NCBI RefSeq assembly: GCF_006345805.1
Contig: NC_043019.1
Span: 24,365,360 to 24,429,359, forward strand
Reading direction: 5' to 3'
Source: Octopus sinensis
Taxonomy: Eukaryota
DNA length: 64,000 nucleotides
Both the position numbers and the translations under genes were made by a program. Below, piece after piece: positions 38,380 to 53,341 of this stretch. The notes beneath the pieces were generated by a model that did no database searches, was not told where the DNA came from, and was given only the letters and a program-made list of their open reading frames with translations. Each line of letters begins with the position of its first letter. Position 1 is the stretch's first letter.

Positions 38380-40140
38380 GTACAGTCAGTCGAAGACTCC
38401 GCGTACCGGATGCCAATAGGTTTCAGGAGTCATCAGGAGATAACGCGCACCGTTTTGGCGCCTTCGTCTAGACGGTTTTACAGAGCACTGTGCGAGTCCC
38501 AACTCACTGAAGCGAGTCCCAACATACTGTTTCGTTTGACTAGTGTTCAACCTCAAGTCCATTTCAACTAGGTTTCATGTCTTTTCAGCTATATCCAATG
38601 GCCGGCTCTCAACTATCGCATGGCTCTCCTTCAATATGGCGTTTGCTTGCTGATGTTAGACACCAATTGATAGCAACCATTGTTTCAGTCTGGTCCCAAT
38701 AAAACCACTGACTTTTAACTTGTACAGGAAGTGCATTGCACTCCAACCAGCATCTGTACTGTCTTCCAGTAGCGTCTCATAACCTTCATCTTGAATAACT
38801 CGGACTACATCTAAATTGTTTTCGTGCGCAACCGTTAATTCAACAAGGTGTATTATCTTGCGCTCCGTACACCATATTGTCGTATCTAACTTCTTCCTCA
38901 CTGGTATTGTGAAAAAGCATCCACACCCTACAGAATCTGCGGCTACCTCCCGTACTCCGTCTCAGTTCTCATTCTCATTTTTTTTTCTGCTTAGGGTAAC
39001 CAACATGACCTTGACAGACAAACCTGAAAAACCGTTTACTGCCATCCTCCTGCGGTTTCTTGTCACCATCGATTGCTTCCGTCTACTTCTTGATAGTACT
39101 ATAGAGAATTCTGAGGATCTCATGGTGTCTTCATATATACCTTTCCAAAGCCATTGATCTGTTAGATAGAATGGGTTTTGACGTACCAACTTTTCCGTCA
39201 TTCCCTCTTTTCCATCTCGCCAGACTGATGGGGGATTAGGTGGGTTGAAGAAGGAAACTCAGTTGTGATGTGCTCCACCTCCAGTTCTCATCCCAACCCA
39301 CCTTCCTCTCAATAACCTTTTTTTCCCACTTGGTCATTTCAACTTGCTGAGAGCATTGAATAAAATACAGTTAGTTTCCTTTTCTATGCTTCTCTCGCTT
39401 TAGCATAGCCCCTAACGGTGGCTCTGCATTCCGTTGGTTTTATCGACGAAAATGGTTTAAATCGATTGCAACCAATATCCTTCTGGTCACTTTGAATTGC
39501 CCCCACTATATCTTGGCGTTCCTGTGATGCTAGTATGTCATTAGTTTCTTTCTCTGCGCACCATTTCTGCGCAGATCTGGCATTTGGCAGATTGTTTTGT
39601 ATTTCTACGTCTTTGGATTCGCTCAGCATCATGACCGTTTGCACCTTTGCGACTTTGTAGATTTCAACAATTGATGTTATAAGTAGTTGAAGAGACACCT
39701 ACCAAGTTGTCTTTTCCGAAATAGCGCTGAAGTGTTAATTGTTCGCTGTGGATCAAGCCATCTGATGCAAACACTGAACCGCTGCTTGATGGTCTCCATC
39801 CTCGACAGTGCTACTTCATACATGAGCAGGGGCCAAGTAATTCTGGAATGAAGGCCAAACTAGAAGCACCAGATCTTGTATTTACCCAGCAGTTTTGACC
39901 TGCCTGTGGTTTTCAACCCATCCATCATTCCAACGCTTATCAGATAGGTTACCATCGTCCTAAGTTTTTTCCAGGTTTGTTTTTAAGAGTTAGCATGGTT
40001 TCTCCAGCTATTTTGAACTTTACTTGCTTTTGCCAACCTTTCTTACTGAAGACTGGTTCGCAAAACCGAAAGGTGTCATATAAACGATCGTCTAATGTGT
40101 AACTGAAATTCAGTAAGGTTCCCAAACAGAGAATGTTCAT
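38380..40140 (-). mobile_element. Degenerate RLE-type non-LTR retrotransposon (HERO-like), 3' half
   Basis: GKYKIWCF*FGLHSRITWPLLMYEV; ITSIVEIYKVAKVQTVMML.ESKD..QKW..DIVG; restriction-like nuclease DTTIW..IIHLVELTV.HE..Y..L..AGW...SGF. Confidence 0.75.
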
Positions 40141-41879
40141 CTAGTTCACGAAAAGCTTAGAAGTGTGACTGATTAGCAGAATCAAACTTTTGATACAAAA
40201 GGTGTTAATTCGACGCTGAATGAAATTGTAGCTTTTAATACATTTTTATTTTTTTCTTTGGAATTTGGTATAACATTCCTATGAGATGGACAGTGTTGAA
40301 AACGATAATAAACTTTTATAAACTTTCATAATGAATATTATAACAAACGTTCATAATGTTGACGGTAGACCAGTCATTCTAATTCTTTATCAGTTCAGGA
40401 TTAATAACAAGAGATCGCTTAAAGCTATAAAAAAACTACATGACAAATATGATATCCAAGTCATAATTATCCCCATGTTAACTAACAAATCATTTCTGTA
40501 GTCACGCTACGAAGATTATGGGTTTAGGAGGCTGTTAAACGACAGATAGAGTGAGTAAGTAACAAAAGTCAAGTGAAAGAACAGAAACTTTCAAAAATAT
40601 GAGTGATATATTCCACCAAACCTGAAACTGTCCAAAAGTAATCGCATGCAGATTTTCTTAAGTGTGCACAAGTCTCGAGTAACATGAGCATTATTGCGAA
40701 GAATATAAAGCATAGATTAATCGGCATGTGAACAATTTCAAGTTTATTAAACTTCATGGTCTGTGTATTCGAATCTGGAAACTACACAGACAAGTTCTTT
40801 TTCAATAACAGCTACCTTAACCAGAATATTGAAGTCTGAGAATCTCATTGGAAACGATATTGGAAATTTCTCCAAATGCAAATGTTCTGGACAACATAAT
40901 AAAATTGTGTTTTAAATATTATTTATTAATATTTGTCTTAAACTTCGGTGCGCGCGCGCACACATGCATTCATAACCACATACGTATGTATGCGTGCATG
41001 TTTGTGATGAGCGAAGTTCACCAGCATTTATAAACATCATGATATATATAAACAAAAACAAATGTGATCAAATATATCAAATAGAATCAGGAATACTAAA
41101 CCAATGCTATCAAATGTTTAATTCGATATTCCATAACAGCATATTATATACATCCAGTATAAAACATATGTGGCTAATGACGCAATTTACGTTCAGTGCA
41201 AATTGTACAATTATTCTTTTAAATTATTCTGTTAAAATGAGTAAATGTAACCTAATAATGTTGGCCCCATTGTCGAAATTTTCAGAGCCTATGTTTATAT
41301 TGATGATGGAGTTCATTAAATCGGTTAAGATATGATTTCCAAGTACTGAATTCCCAATATCCGGCTCCGCTCATATAAAGTTCACTATTAATCCACAACT
41401 GTCAATTTAATTTTCAAATATTATCACATTTATCTCTTAACTCTGATCTATAATCGATAATGCTGTAGCATCTTTATTCACTCTAGGAAGAGAAGTTATG
41501 ATTCATTTAACAGTTCTTGAAGTTACTCTTTGTAAAACCAATGTAATGTTTGACAGCATGCTTTCCATTGTAATTAATTCTGGTTTCATAAACGAACTAA
41601 GTTCAGTAAATCATAGAAGAATTGTAACTTTATTTTAACGGTTACCTACTATGCTATCAGTCCTTATTTATTGCAGTTTAGGGTGCTAAAATATTTCTAA
41701 TATCAGTTGCACAGCTACATAAATTTACAAAACTTTTCTGATTCTTTGCTCGAAGGAAAATGTCTAAAGTGTTCTAGGTACTAAAGAGGGGCTAAGTTAG
41801 CTTATATTATGGTTTCTAGTCTTCCTGGAAGATTGTGATTGTCTTTTTGTAATCTAATATAGACAGACAGACATACACA

Positions 41880-42137
<258 letters not shown>

Positions 42138-42289
42138 TAGAAAGGACCTACTAGTGGCGTGTGGTCTGCGTATAGCAAGGCCATACTCTTAGACACTACC
42201 ACTCTCAAAATAACAACACATTGGACATATGCTGTTTGAATCAGTACCCCATCAAACCAAAATAGCCAACAGACAATATCCGGCTATGC

Positions 42290-42780
<491 letters not shown>

Positions 42781-44544
42781 ATCTATCTGTCTAACCATCA
42801 GACCGTAAAAGAAAAAAAAACTTTAAGCCCTTAAAACTGTCAAACCTTAAAACCTTTAAACTTTGAAACTTAGAAATGTTATAACTTCATGACTCTGAAG
42901 ATTTAAATGGAAAAAACCTTCCGAGATTCGTGGAAACTTTTTTGGAATTCTCTGGGAGTAAGTTTTTTAAAAATTAGTAATTTCTGCATCGTCCCAAAAG
43001 AGAATATTTTGGAATTTTTAAAGGAAACAATTTTTGGCAATTTCTGCATTGTCCCAAAAGTTCTTCGAGGGATTCCTAACAGTTCATGCAATCTATAAAA
43101 ATCTAACCCTTTCACAATGCCTCAGCTTTTCATATTTTAGTTTTCACTTCTCAATTGTTACTTGTTCATTTTCTCCTGTCTTGTCCATAAGTACTTTGAC
43201 TTCTCTTAACTTCTCTTAACTCAGTTTAATTGCCCCTGTTTTATTCTGACACTACACTTTCACTTTCCCAACCTCTTCTACTAACGGCGTTACCCTGATG
43301 TCTATCTATACTAAACCACAACTATATTGCCTGACGTACACCAGCCCATTATCTTTTTGTAATCGTTTAATCTGGAGAAACGTATTGAGACCGTAGCATT
43401 CACAGGTCTTCCGAGAGATCAACTCGGTTGAAGTCATTGATGAATAGCTTCCAGTTAACAATTTAAAAGACGGAAAAAAGTGGCAGAAACACGTATAAGC
43501 AGAGAATTGTAGAGCAGAGATATTCTTGGCGGTAGTATTGGGCGGAGTTAGTTACGGAACTGGTGGAGGACACAATAAATGTTACGAGAGAAGAAGAGGT
43601 ACATGAGTTAAGTGTACTTGAATGGATATGGTATGATAGCACTTAAAACTGAGGAGAGTGTGCTCTTTTATTTGTTCAGTTAGGACACGGCTTGTTTGTG
43701 GACTGACTTGTTCAGATGTAGTCTAAGATGTTTGTCTGTTTAATAGTGATCTATTGCAGAGATGTGAGTAGTACTCCATTGTGGGTCTCCCTGGAGCTTT
43801 TGCACAAGTTTACCTTTTTCATTGAATGTGAAATCTAATATAGCTACAAACATTTTAGCACTTTTACGTAGTTATTTCTCTTTCCGACATAGATCCAGAA
43901 AAATGATTTAACTTTAAGAATGGTTTAGTTGTAGACTTCATATTCGAACAACCAAATCTCAGTTTCTCGATAGTAGATATTACAGAGTGCATTGTTGAAG
44001 TGCAGTCTCTTCCTATTTGATACTTACACATACAAACACACATACACACAAAGTGCCATACATAGATGTCACTAAAATTGAAATATATACTTTAATTCCC
44101 GATTTAATTAATGACCCGATTCTATTATCCTATTACACATCTATTCTACAGATGGAGATGTCCAATACGAAATAGAAGCGCGTGCGCAATTGCATTCATC
44201 CATACATATTACTATATTAATATATCTACATATATACACACGTATGCACATATTTGACTATTATCTCTCCTCCCTTCCAGCTCACAAATTCTATCACACG
44301 TACAGACATAAAAACGAAAAGTGCTCGTCTCCAGATTACAAACATTAACATAACTAATCAGTAAAGAAAGAAAGAAAGAAAGAAAGAAAAAGATGAAAAA
44401 AGAAAGAGAGAAAGTTAAATTAAAATTAAATAAAGCAATATCTGTCTTATGAAAAATACAATATACATTCATGCATCTCGCGTGAAATATTTTAAAACTC
44501 TAGTAATATCACCAGTTTCTTAATATTGCGTTTGTACTTTTCTA

Positions 44545-44745
44545 CTCTAGGTACAACACCTGAAATTTTTTGGTAGGGATCCAGTCGATTAGATGGACCC
44601 CAGTACACAACTGGTACTTAAGTTATCGACCCCGAAGGGTGAAAACAAAGTCGACCTCGGCGGAATTGGAACTCAGAATGTAAAGACAGACGAAATAGCG
44701 CTAAGCATTTCGCCCGACGTGCTAAAGTTTCTGCCAGCTCGCCGC
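44545..44745 (-). mobile_element. tRNA-derived SINE, family B
   Basis: Matches the family B consensus seen at 22801 and 35500. Confidence 0.85.
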
Positions 44746-44804
44746 TTTTATAATATTCATATCATTATTATTGGTAGCATTGAGAAGAAGATATTACACT
44801 CAAA

Positions 44805-45089
44805 TAAATTTGTTTGAACGATTGGCGAATGCTAGCATGGCCCGAGTTAGTGGGGCTGTTCCAAGATGACACCTGTAAGATACAGGGAAAGGATGCGAGA
44901 GGGGCAGCTACCTGAGGCGCCCTTGCGGCGAAACATCTATATATTCAGGTCATCCCTTCTCATCCATAGTTTTCTGTATCTGTCTTGGCGTTGGTCTCTC
45001 TTGCATACTGACCGGACATTTTTCTCCTTCCAAGCTGTTTCTTTGTCTTTGCGTGTGTTCATTTCCTCTTTAAGTTTTCTTTCTTTACC

Positions 45090-45090
<1 letters not shown>
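44805..45090 (+). mobile_element. Tx1/L1-like LINE extreme 3' end
   Basis: Frameshifted FV(E)RLANASMARV resembles the C-termini at 46990-47040 and 47780-47825, followed by a pyrimidine-rich 3' UTR and (TTA)n. Confidence 0.55.
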
Positions 45091-45152
<62 letters not shown>

Positions 45153-46086
45153 CTAGTCTTATTTTCATCATGTGCCTTCACTGCACTACCGAGCGCAGCT
45201 TTGTGTGCCTTGGGTATATGCTGTGGTTTGTTGTGGTGCTCTTATAATTACTGTATTGAAAGTGTTTTATGTAGGTGTGCGGGGCCTAGTAGTGCTATTT
45301 TCTGTATATTATATATACTTGTAAGTCCTGGTGTCTTTGTTATATATTTGTCTGAAATTTTTTATCATACCTAATGCACCCGCTATGATAGGAGTTTTTC
45401 CCGCTTTTAGGCTCCATATTGGAGTTATCTCAACTTCCAGATCTTTGTATTTTGAAAGTTTGTCCGTTTCTTTTACAGAAACATTGTCATCTGTTGCTAT
45501 TGATATATCGATTAGAAAGCATTTTCTCACAAATTCGTCTACGCCAGTATGGTTCTTTACATTCTGTTTCTTTTCTTTTGTATCCAACTCTGTCTGCAGC
45601 CACCATAACTGCAACCTAAATAATCTAGTTACCGTTGCTAACACTTACGACGAAGAGTCCTATTTCATCCCATTTTGCTTTCATGCATTGTCAGAATTCC
45701 CTTGTACTTGGTTCACTTCTGATCTAGCATTCAATTACAGTTCAGTTTGCCTCCTTATTCCACTTTCTTCTCTACCTGTGACTATTTGTATTAGCAGTCT
45801 GTGGATGACAACTGGGCCTGCGCTGCTCAACCACAGAACACCTGCCTGGCGAAAGGTTTTTACCTTTGATTCCAGCCCCATTAACACCATTATTTGATAC
45901 ATTTGTATTAGACATTTTCACTCAACTGAGATTAGCCACTAACCGGTATTTTTATCGAGACACCGTCTCTTTTAAGACTGTCAACCAAGACTACCGAGTT
46001 CTTACTATACATAAGTTGGGACTGTTCCCATTCTGTGTGTTGGGAACCATGATCATGATTCTCAGTAGGCGATAAGTGAAGGTCGG

Positions 46087-46088
<2 letters not shown>
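45091..46088 (-). mobile_element. Internally deleted R4/Dong-like RLE retrotransposon inside a (TAA)n tract
   Basis: RKCFLIDISIATDDNVSVKETDKLSKYKDLEVEI..IW.LK...PII.GALGMIK is the RLE domain; the element is flanked on both sides by (TTA)n (45091-45150 and 46088-46315). Confidence 0.8.
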
Positions 46089-46119
<31 letters not shown>

Positions 46120-46147
46120 GTTATTGTTATTGTTATTATTATTATTA

Positions 46148-46192
<45 letters not shown>

Positions 46193-46208
46193 GTTATTGT
46201 TATTGTTA

Positions 46209-46255
<47 letters not shown>

Positions 46256-46259
46256 GTTA

Positions 46260-46290
<31 letters not shown>

Positions 46291-46416
46291 ATTATTATTA
46301 TTATTATTATTATTGAATTCTTTATTGGACACCAGAGTTACACACAAAACAAGACGAAACAACACAATGGACAGTGTTGGTTTTATATACAGCACGTGGA
46401 AACTGTAAAAACCAAC

Positions 46417-46568
46417 TGGTTGTGTGGTAATTAGTTTGCTTACCAACTGCATGGTTCCGAGTTCAGTCCCACTGCGTTGCATCTTGGGCAAGTGTCTTCT
46501 ACTTTAGCCTCGGGCCGGCCAAAGCTTTATGAGTGGATTTGTTACACGGAAACTGAAAGAAGTCCGTC

Positions 46569-46605
<37 letters not shown>

Positions 46606-46835
46606 CGTGTGTGTGCATATATATGTTTGTGTGTCTGTGTTTGTCCCCCCAACATCGCTTGACAACCGATGCTGGTGTGTTTACGTCCCCATCACAGCGG
46701 TTTGACAAGAGAGCCCGACAGAATAATTACTAGGCTTACAAAGAATAAGTTCTGGAGTCGATTTGATCGACTAAAGGCGGTGCTCCAGCATTGCCGCAGT
46801 CAAATGACTTAAACAAATAAAAGAATAAAAGAATA
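46417..46835 (+). mobile_element. tRNA-derived SINE, family A
   Basis: Homologous throughout to 20973-21375. Confidence 0.9.
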
Positions 46836-46844
46836 AAATATTAA

Positions 46845-47755
46845 ACAAAAAAATTCCCATACGGTGAGGAGCTCCACCCAGAAGCTACCAAAGAATCTTA
46901 CACATCTTGGATACCACGACCGCTATGGGCACTTCAAGCAGGTACCCCTCCCCTGTTCGTGACATCCGGCCTACAGGTGCATGCTAAGAGTAGGCCTATT
47001 CAAACAAGCCACCCTCGCCACATTCACTCACTATTCAACAAAAGTTATGGGGCAGCTCTTTCTTTCTCTATCATCTTTTCAAATGGAATTTGAAAAAGTT
47101 AATGAGATTTTGGTGGAAGAGAGAAGAATCCATCTTTAATCTTTTCACTCTCGTTCACCACATTACCTCTTCCGCCGTAGCCTCCTGACAGAAGAAAACT
47201 GCCTGCTATTCCTGGCTAAAAGAAGGTGGTGAGGAAATCCTCAAGAAGACTCGGTCGTTACCCAGATCCACCCAATTCGTTGCAACATCTGTTCGTTAAA
47301 TCTCAAGTCAGCAATGCTCGGACACTGTACGAGTGCATGCAGAATAGTTTCAGCATTCTGTGCGCATCTGTACAGGCCTGTCTGACAACGCTTCCGGGCT
47401 TATAAAACTTATCGCGAACCAACACAGATTGCTGCTAGCACTGCCAGTCTAGAGATTTCTGGAAAGTATCCATAGACCCTAACCCGAAAGATTTTCCTCG
47501 TGGACTTTGTCCCTCTTGATAGCCACTAATCTCCTATAAAACTTCGAGGTGAAACTGGCAGAGGGCTGTGAGCGGTACACATCACTTCAGGTACCAAATA
47601 TACTGTCTCAGCCTACGCATGATCCAGTATTGCAGCTCTGTCAATGAGACGTGCTGCAAAAAGTTTTTTTTGACAAATGGCCACCACACCATCTCATCGT
47701 CAGGGAAACGCTGGAGATGTTGCAGTTTTAGCGCATATCTGTACATCAATAGGTA
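46845..47755 (-). mobile_element. Degenerate Tx1/L1-like LINE 3' region
   Basis: MDTFQKSLDWQC..VRDK; CCHC knuckle C..CAQNAETILHALVQC; LINFFKFHLKR; FVE..VNVARVA. Confidence 0.8.
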
Positions 47756-47769
47756 AGTGCTGCCTCCCA

Positions 47770-48065
47770 GCGATTTTGTTAAAAGTTGGGTGGATGTAGC
47801 GCCAATGGCCAGAATGAATGGCCCTACTCTAAATCTGGGGCAGATGAAGGGGAAAAGGTACTTGCCCTAGAGGTCAGGGCGATCGTGGCTTTTTGTGATG
47901 GTTTCACGAACAGCCCTTTGTAGTCTCCCTCTTTTGAGGATTTTAATTGTTTGAACTTTCATTGTTATTCGTTATTTACACACTTGAATCCCTCTCTAAT
48001 TGCATTGTATTGTCCTGTAGCATCCCAAATCTTTTTATATTAATCCTCAGTGGTTAATAAAGAAA
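47770..48065 (+). mobile_element. Second Tx1/L1-like 3' end, opposite orientation
   Basis: DFVKSWVDVAPMARMNG, then a 3' UTR ending in aataaa and (TTA)n. Confidence 0.6.
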
Positions 48066-48080
48066 ATATTATTGTTATTA

Positions 48081-48135
<55 letters not shown>

Positions 48136-48732
48136 CATCATCATTATCATCATCATTATTATTATTATTATTATTATTATCATTATTATTATTATTATTG
48201 TACTTACAAGAAAAAGCAATTATTATTATTATTACTATTATTATTGTACTTATGCCTGTTCGAAGCTCCTGATTTATAGTAGAATTTTGTTGTTTTAAAG
48301 AACGGTATGTATGTTAGATTCATATCCGTAGTTTTGTTAAGAAACCAGCTAGTAATCTCTCAAAATATTGTGAAACTGTAGATTCTTAAATTACTGAATT
48401 CCATAATTGAAAACAAAAAACAATATGGCTTCCCAAATCGAGTTGGGGGTAATGACTCTTGGAAGAGTCATGAAAATAGATTCCCTCCACTACCTACTAC
48501 AATTGACTGAAAATGTATATATAACTACATCAACAGCAACAACAACAATAGCAACAAGAAATCACACCATAACAAAAAAATAACGGGAACAGTGGCAGTG
48601 ACAAACAAGACAAAGAGAACAATGATGCAAACACCGCCCCCACCACCACCTACTTCCATCAGCTCAAACATTAAGAAAATAAAAACGGCTACCAGTGTAA
48701 TTTGGTAACAAAACAGAAACGGTTTCGTATAT

Positions 48733-49138
48733 TCTCTTTTCTCTTTACTCTCTTTTACTTGTTTCAGTCATTTGACTGCGGCCATGCTGCAGCACCGCCT
48801 TTAGTCGAGCAAATCGACCCCGGGACTTATTCTTTGTAAGCCCAGTACTTATTCTATCGGTCTCTTTTGCTGAACCGCTAAGTGACGGGGACGTAAACAC
48901 ACCAGCATCGGTTGTCAAGCAATGCTAGGGGGACAAACACAGACACACAAACACACACACACATATATATATATACGACAGGCTTCTTTCAGTTTCCGTC
49001 TACCAAATCCACTCACAAGGCATTGGTCGGCCCGGGGCTATAGCAGAAGACACTTGCCCAAGGTGCCACGCAGTGGGACTGAACCCGGAACCATGTGGTT
49101 GGTTAGCAAGCTAATTACCACACAGCCACTCCTGCGCC
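48733..49138 (-). mobile_element. Full-length tRNA-derived SINE, family A
   Basis: Close reverse complement of 20973-21375, including the ggcgcaggagtggctgtgtgg head. Confidence 0.93.
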
Positions 49139-51349
49139 TATGCGTGCTGAAGACGAGAGTCAGTAATACTTGCGGGAAAATGTCTGAGATGAAAAAATAC
49201 ATTTCACAAAGAATGGCAGAATTACTAGAAGGGACGAAAAGACAATTTGTAAAAATGAATTACAATTAAAATGAAGCGACTTGAGCGTGCAACGCAAGTG
49301 CAGATAGAAAAATGCCTCAAACCAGTATTGGGTATAAAATCCATGTCGCTTGAGGAAAATGCTTTAACACAGATTAGTGAGCTTCCCAATAAGTTAATGA
49401 AAATGCAGCCATAACTCTAGAATGCGACGAACTTCTGCTGATTCCATCATATCTCAATCGGAGGTTTGTGAAAAGAAAGATGGTTTAGATATTACCAGAA
49501 GTGAATATCTCCTTGCTTTGGCGTAATGTACCACGAAGAAGATAAAACAAACATTATGTAAACCCACAGTCTGACAACAGAAAATTGGTCAGGTACGTGA
49601 CGTGTAGGTTATCCTGAACACGCCTGCCGGACGGCACTTCTGTTTCTGTAGAATTTGATTTCAACCAGTAGTGCCTCTCAGTGCCTCAGCAGGCTAAGAA
49701 TTCTAGAAATTACCCACAGTAGTTCCAAATCCGATAGGCTTCAAGAGGACATTTGCGAGATCGTTTCCGTATAATGTTCTTGTTCAGTTTCCATAGCGTT
49801 TTGAATTTGTGGTCTGCCAGGACACTACTAAAGATTCTAGCTGTGGAATGTTTTTATTCTCACTGGCAACTGAATTAGTTGTAATGGTGGTAGTAGTTTT
49901 ATTACTGTTTCAACCAGTTACTGTTGACAAGTTTGTGGTGATGTCGGTGGCAGTGATTTTCCTGTCGCCATACACTGCTTGGCTTATATTGACAATACCG
50001 ATGTTGTTGTTTTTATTATTTGTACTTTTTGTTTGTTTGCTTGTTTTCTTTTTTTTTTCTTTTTTTTTTGCTGTCTTCGGTAACTTTTGTTGCTACGATA
50101 GTGATGGTTTACAGTGGTTTTGATGCTTTCATTGATGCTGTCTATTCTGTTGCTTTTCCTGTCGTTGCTCTTGCCCACCATCGCTACCTCTTGCGCCGGT
50201 GGTAGTGGTTGTTGTTGTTATACTTTCTTCGACAACCATTTAACAGTGGAACGACGTGTAGTTGCCGCTCCCACAACATCCTTCCCTCTGCTCTCCCGTG
50301 GAAAATAATTCGATGATATGTTTATGAGAAGTTTTAAAAAATAAGAAAGGCACGTTCGACCTTGGCGAGATTTGATCTGAGAACGTAGACCTAGAAAAAT
50401 GCCGTGAGCGTGAATCTAATGCTAAAATATGTAGTCATTGGTATAAATAAGACAATTCGTAGAAATACATATTCTAATACAATATTGCTTCAGCATAGTA
50501 ATCTAGAAAAAAGTGAATGAATGATTTTAGAGAGAAAAAAAAAACTAGAAAATAACAAAGTGATTTCAGACAATGTCTCTCATAAGCTAATGTAAATAAA
50601 ATATTCCTTGCTCGTTCGTAGGTTTGAGGGTGCAAGATATACAGAACTATTTCAAAAGAGAAACAATGGAAATCTGCACAACAAATGCATTTCTACACCT
50701 TCAAGAACAATACTACCCATACTTCAGAAAAACTGAAATCCACATGAACCTGTAGTAGACATATTAATAATCATAGTTACTTATATTTCTACAAGGACGG
50801 TAGATGGAGTGCATTGCTATGACAAATTACTAAACGGAGTTTACAGCGAGTGTTACGGGAAACAAAGAATAGAAATCACCAAATTAAACTGATATTTAAA
50901 AAAAAATACGTATTCCAAAATGAAAACAGCAAGCTAAGAACAGTTCAAAGTTCCACAAATATCATGACCCTTGATTATCTAGAGTTCTTGTACTCATTCA
51001 ATTGTGATATCTGGTCGCATATTCAGAATAAGCTATTCAACAAAGCCGTGCTCCTCACTCCGCCTTACATTCCGCCATTTTGCTGAAAAGCTGCAACTAG
51101 TTCTCCACCCTCACCTCCACCTCATTGCACTCATTCGTTTTAATCTTATCTAACATACTGTTTGACGTCATTTCCACTTTATTGAGATAAAGTGCATTCT
51201 CTTTCCTTCTAGTAGAAGGAGGCGCGGGAGCCTTCATGTAAGACTTAACGGACATGCGCATCTGTCTTACATGTAGCATCAGCCGATCGACAAATAGTCA
51301 CATGTCAGACATGATCAGACACTGAACGAACACATGGAGAATGGCTTCA

Positions 51350-51382
<33 letters not shown>

Positions 51383-51410
51383 TAGATGGATGGATGGATG
51401 TAAATGTGTG

Positions 51411-51445
<35 letters not shown>

Positions 51446-51483
51446 GTATATACATACAAATGTGCATGTATATCTATCTATCT

Positions 51484-51559
<76 letters not shown>

Positions 51560-53272
51560 ACGATGTGAAATAATACATTTATGATTGTAAAAATGTTAGA
51601 AAAAAATGTTCTACTTTTCTGAAGATGGCATGTATTTTATTCTGAATATACACTGTCCAGAACCGTTTAAATATTTCAAATATATTTCATTTTTTCATTT
51701 CATATCGTTTATTTATATATTTATATATTTATTTATTTATTTGACTAGACGAAATAGTAGAAATCAATATCTGTCTGGTTGAAATAAAGAAAATCAATAT
51801 AAACAGAAATATTAATGAAAGAGAGCAGTGAAGTAAAGTTACAATTAAGTGTCAGTCGAGTTAGGCACATTGACTGGTTACATGGCTGGTTGAGAAAACA
51901 CAATATGAATGCGTTTGAACAGCAGCCATGAAAATGACAGCAAAACATGAAGGGAAATGGATAGACCAATATGTTAGAGATGGGAGAGATGAGAGAGATG
52001 CTTAATTGTATAAAGCGAGATCGCCAGCGGAAAGAGCTTTTGTTTGCGATCCATTATTTTATATTAGCTATTCAAATTCACTACCAATAAGCGAGTACAA
52101 CATCCCATAATCAATTTAATTTGAAACTTAGGAATTGTTAGTTGTTAGAAGTCCTTGCGTTGTGTTGGCTTGAGTGATTTGTAACTAGCAGACTCAATAA
52201 AAGGCAATAATTTTTACATGAGCACAAAGCACACGATTCACAGTACAAGGAAACAAGATTTTCTGACATTCATTCATTTTCCAATGATATTAGTGACGAA
52301 TGAAATATATGCTGTTAAAAAGCGGAACTCGGTCTTTTACTTCTCGCGCCTGTCAAAATTATAATAAACCATGAAAAACTCTTTTGCAGGAAAGAAATAT
52401 AGCAAATGAATTCACTTCACTACATCGTTGATATTGATATTTATTTCATCGAAAGATGAATGGCAAAGTCACAAGATTTGCTTCTTACTGCGCACTATTC
52501 ACCAGAATGTTATTCGTAATAGTGATTAAACAGATCCAATTATTGTATTTTTATTAACTGTATAACATCGACGAAGATAGGACCGTGTATTCACTTCTTC
52601 CAATTTCCTAGTAAAAACGTACCATTGAAGCATGAGGACTTCTGGAGTAAGAAGTGCTTTTATCTTCTTTCGTAACAGAATACGAGGAGGCCAGATATGT
52701 TATTTGCTACAAATACGAGTATTTGATGAAGAGTATTGTAGACGATTGATATCTATTCGGTCAAAATGAAATAAAAATAAACTTATTCCACTAGTATTTC
52801 AATTCAGATTATAAAGAACTAGAGCCAAAAATAAATAGTATGACACTTTATCATTTGCTTAATAGTAACATTCCGGATCTGGAATGAATTTTCAACAAAT
52901 GCAAGCATATGGACAAATTTGTTTCGGCGAATTGGAGGACACCACCCTCTCCGAATTGAGCAGCTATCTCACAAACTTTGGACCCCTCTCTATTAAACTA
53001 TGCTACAACATCAAGTTTAATTATGACATCTACAGTCGAAGGGAACACAACTCTAATTTTCTTTGTTTCCTTTCATTTTTCAGTTTTTATTCACTCTTTG
53101 TTTTCTCATTCCAATTTTTGCATCAACTTTCTCTTCGTTTTCCGTCGTAGTTTCTTATGTACCAGCGCCCTGATCTTCAAACAGTACAAAACATCTGCCT
53201 AGAGCCTGCTTGTAAACACAAGACACGTTATAAAATTTTGCCTAAACACGTCTCAATGGCAAGAAAATATAC

Positions 53273-53341
<69 letters not shown>

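Noticed and set aside
38400-38450. CTGATGA-ctcct-GAAA on the minus strand in the HERO-like 3' UTR
   Set aside because: Only 5 nt for helix II and no helix I complementarity.
49700-49830. Possible minus-strand exon (DHKFKTLWKLNKN...)
   Set aside because: No polypyrimidine tract and no recognisable protein similarity.
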